In this document: piece by piece, positions 62,031 to 64,000 of the stretch
Layout of the letters: each line of letters begins with the position of its first letter
How positions within the stretch are numbered: position 1 is the first letter of the stretch
Origin: Trueperaceae bacterium
GTDB lineage: Bacteria; Deinococcota; Deinococci; Deinococcales; Trueperaceae
Length of the DNA stretch: 64,000 bases
Assembly: GCA_965214405.1 (NCBI GenBank)
Contig: OZ243956.1
Span: forward strand, 2,432,001 to 2,496,000
Direction: 5' to 3'
Notes under the pieces: model-generated
Databases searched by the model: none
Told to the model about the DNA's origin: nothing
Seen by the model: the letters and a program-made list of their open reading frames with translations, nothing else
Translations under genes and position numbers: made by a program

Positions 62031-62940
62031 CGCGCCCGCGAGCGCGCCCCCCGCCGCCGAGATGCGTGTAGATGGTGGCAAGCTGAGGCGCGATTTGCTC
62101 GTTCGCAGGGTCGGCAAGGTGGGGCTTGTTATCACCCCGCTGGTGTCTTACTTCTTTTTGTGGGCCCCCATCGTCGTGCTCATCGTGTTTTCGTTCAACG
62201 ACTCACCCTCGGTCTCGGTGTGGCGCGGCTTTACAACCCGGTGGTACGGGAACATCTTCGCGGTGGGGAGCGGCGAGGCAAGTTTTGTCACGGGGAAACT
62301 TGTGGCCGCTCTTGGTAACTCGCTCCTCGTGGCTTTTAGCGCCTCGCTCATCGCCACGGTGATTGGCACGATGCTCGCGCTGGCGATTCATCGTGGGGAT
62401 TTTCCGGGCAAGCGCATCATCGACGCGCTTCTTTATGTGCCCGTCGTTATTCCGGAGATTACGCAGGGCGTCTCGCTGGCGATTTTTTTCCGCATTTTGT
62501 TTGAATATCTTCAGAACCTCACGGGTGAGCGGCTGGTGCTGGGGTTTGCCACCATCATCATCGCGCATGTGGCGTTTAATATCTCTTACGTGGTCATTGT
62601 GGTGCGGGCGCGGCTGGCGACGATGTCGGTTCACCTCGAGGAGGCCGCCAACGACCTGGGCGCGAACCATTTTCAGACCTTTTGGCGCGTCACCTTTCCG
62701 CTGCTCTTGCCGGGCATCATGGCGGGGGCGCTGCTCGCGCTCACGCTGTCGCTGGATGACTACGTCGTGACCTTTTTTACCAAAGGCGTGGGCGACGATA
62801 CGCTGCCGATTTTCGTTTACGGGATGCTCAAGCAGCGCGTCTCGCCCGAAATCAACGCGATTTCGACCCTGATGATAGGAGCGTCCACGGTGCTCATTGG
62901 GGTGTCGCTGCTGCTGCAGGGGGGCTCGAGGGGCGACTAA
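62023..62940 (+). CDS. potC: Spermidine/putrescine ABC permease (PotC-like)
   Basis: 'VFSFN', 'LEEAANDLGA', 'LSLDDYVVTFF', 'PEINAIST'; GTG start after AGGAG. Confidence 0.88.
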   Translation: MADAPASAPPAAEMRVDGGKLRRDLLVRRVGKVGLVITPLVSYFFLWAPIVVLIVFSFNDSPSVSVWRGFTTRWYGNIFAVGSGEASFVTGKLVAALGNSLLVAFSASLIATVIGTMLALAIHRGDFPGKRIIDALLYVPVVIPEITQGVSLAIFFRILFEYLQNLTGERLVLGFATIIIAHVAFNISYVVIVVRARLATMSVHLEEAANDLGANHFQTFWRVTFPLLLPGIMAGALLALTLSLDDYVVTFFTKGVGDDTLPIFVYGMLKQRVSPEINAISTLMIGASTVLIGVSLLLQGGSRGD

Positions 62941-62942
62941 CG

Positions 62943-63221
62943 TTAGGTCAGCTCGAGCCTAAGCTGCTTCCCCACGGCCCTAGCCAGGCGCTCGAGCGAC
63001 TCCAACGTAACCGCCGTATTATCCGGGTCTAGCAAGCGGTCAAGCTGCGAGCGGCTTGTGTCTAACTTTTCTGCCAACTGCGTTTTGGTGATGTGTTCCG
63101 CTTCCATGATATCGGCAAGCTGGAGGGCCAAGAGCCGCTTGTGCGCCCTCGCCGAAACCTCCTCCAAAATGCCTTCCTCAGCCAAAAAATCATCAAAGTT
63201 ACCCCCTCTATATCGGTTCAT
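62943..63221 (-). CDS. XRE/HigA-like antitoxin
   Basis: 'NFDDFLAEEG'; HTH 'TKTQLAEKLDTSRSQLDRLLDP'. Confidence 0.85.
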   Translation of the reverse strand: MNRYRGGNFDDFLAEEGILEEVSARAHKRLLALQLADIMEAEHITKTQLAEKLDTSRSQLDRLLDPDNTAVTLESLERLARAVGKQLRLELT

Positions 63222-63545
63222 CCTTCACCTCTCCACGAATCTCGACGCTTCTCAGCTAGAGTTAGGTCACTCTTCGGTGTTTTTTGTGACTTCTTGACGA
63301 AACCGTGAAGTAGCACCATCTCACCTCTATCTACCGTGAATAACGCACGCCCAACGCGTCCATCTTCTAAGCGACTACGAAGTTCCCACAAACCTGAACT
63401 AAGCTTACGTACGAGAGGCGTTCCTAACGGCCAGCGAAATCGCTTTACGGTCTTCTTTCGTCAACGTTCTCAGCCACTCTTTAACCGGCTCACGTCCAGC
63501 CTCACTTTGAAAAAAGGTAACGGTGAGCAGGGGCGCTGACTCCAT
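63218..63545 (-). pseudogene. RelE/HigB (Gp49-like) toxin pseudogene, frameshifted near 63435
   Basis: 'MESAPLLTVTFFQSEAGREPVKEWL..EDRKAI' then a frame change to 'RWPLGTPLVRKL..GLWELR...LLHGFVKKSQKTP'; palindrome TGTACC..GGTACA upstream. Confidence 0.8.
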
Positions 63546-63581
63546 CTATAAATTGTACCACATAAGGTACAGAATTGATTC

Positions 63582-64000
63582 CTAACCGTGGGAGTTCTCC
63601 CACACAATCAGCGTCGCCCAATTATCCGAGGCGTCATCCTCCAAATAATTCTTCAGAAGCCCCCGCACCTCAAAACCGTTCTTGAGTTGAAAGCTTAAAG
63701 TCGGGTCAGAAAGTTCACCTGCGACGACCTTATCAACATAGTCGGGTACGCTCAGCTTACCTCTGTGCAGCGCGTAACCGGGCAGCACGCCGCCCGCGAC
63801 GATACCCTCGAGGCCCCGCTCCAAAATGAGTTTTTTACGCGCCTCGTAAAGCAGCTTGCCGATACCGCGCCCCCGATACTCCGGGTGAACGCTGATGTCG
63901 CCGCCGTAGTACCAGCGTCCGTTGGGGTCATGGTTCGTGTAGTACCCGCCCGCAATCATCTCTTTGAACGTATGGTTGGGATGGTCGAAGTCGAAATCGG
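63582..64000 (-). CDS. GNAT N-acetyltransferase (5' end outside the window)
   Basis: 'VHPEYRGRGIGKLLY', 'DPTLSFQLKNGF'; paralog of 59816-60613. Confidence 0.85.
   Translation of the reverse strand, partial: DFDFDHPNHTFKEMIAGGYYTNHDPNGRWYYGGDISVHPEYRGRGIGKLLYEARKKLILERGLEGIVAGGVLPGYALHRGKLSVPDYVDKVVAGELSDPTLSFQLKNGFEVRGLLKNYLEDDASDNWATLIVWENSHG

Overview
High-GC bacterial chromosome segment; protein families and promoter/leaderless-start style suggest Deinococcota (Truepera-like), which is an inference. (1) 0.4-16 kb: complete type 1 BREX locus (brxA-brxB-brxC-pglX-pglZ-brxL). Three toxin-antitoxin-type modules sit between pglX and pglZ: an HTH + nucleotidyltransferase pair, a decayed inverted abrB-vapC and an intact abrB-vapC that abuts pglZ. 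pglX has an AT-rich specificity region. (2) 16-28.3 kb: integrative element/island next to tRNA-Asn, carrying a tyrosine integrase (hit by a 115-bp MITE), excisionase-like HTH, DUF3987 protein, ArdC-like protein, GGDEF protein and an orphan IS630-like HTH protein. Its most striking part is an unannotated tandem array of three promoter-structured RNA-terminator units at 23.27-24.08 kb; two of them are paralogs with compensatory base changes. (3) 28.4-64 kb: mostly core genes: speA, a lipoprotein + S8 protease pair, PAP2, lpdA, a complete ISAs1 element, mscL, an ankyrin protein, sucAB, an orphan TIR-like gene, several TA pairs (three toxins in the window are broken while their antitoxins are intact), an ansA that apparently starts at AUC, and a polyamine/GABA catabolism and transport cluster. 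All calls come from reading the sequence by eye; no database searches were run.
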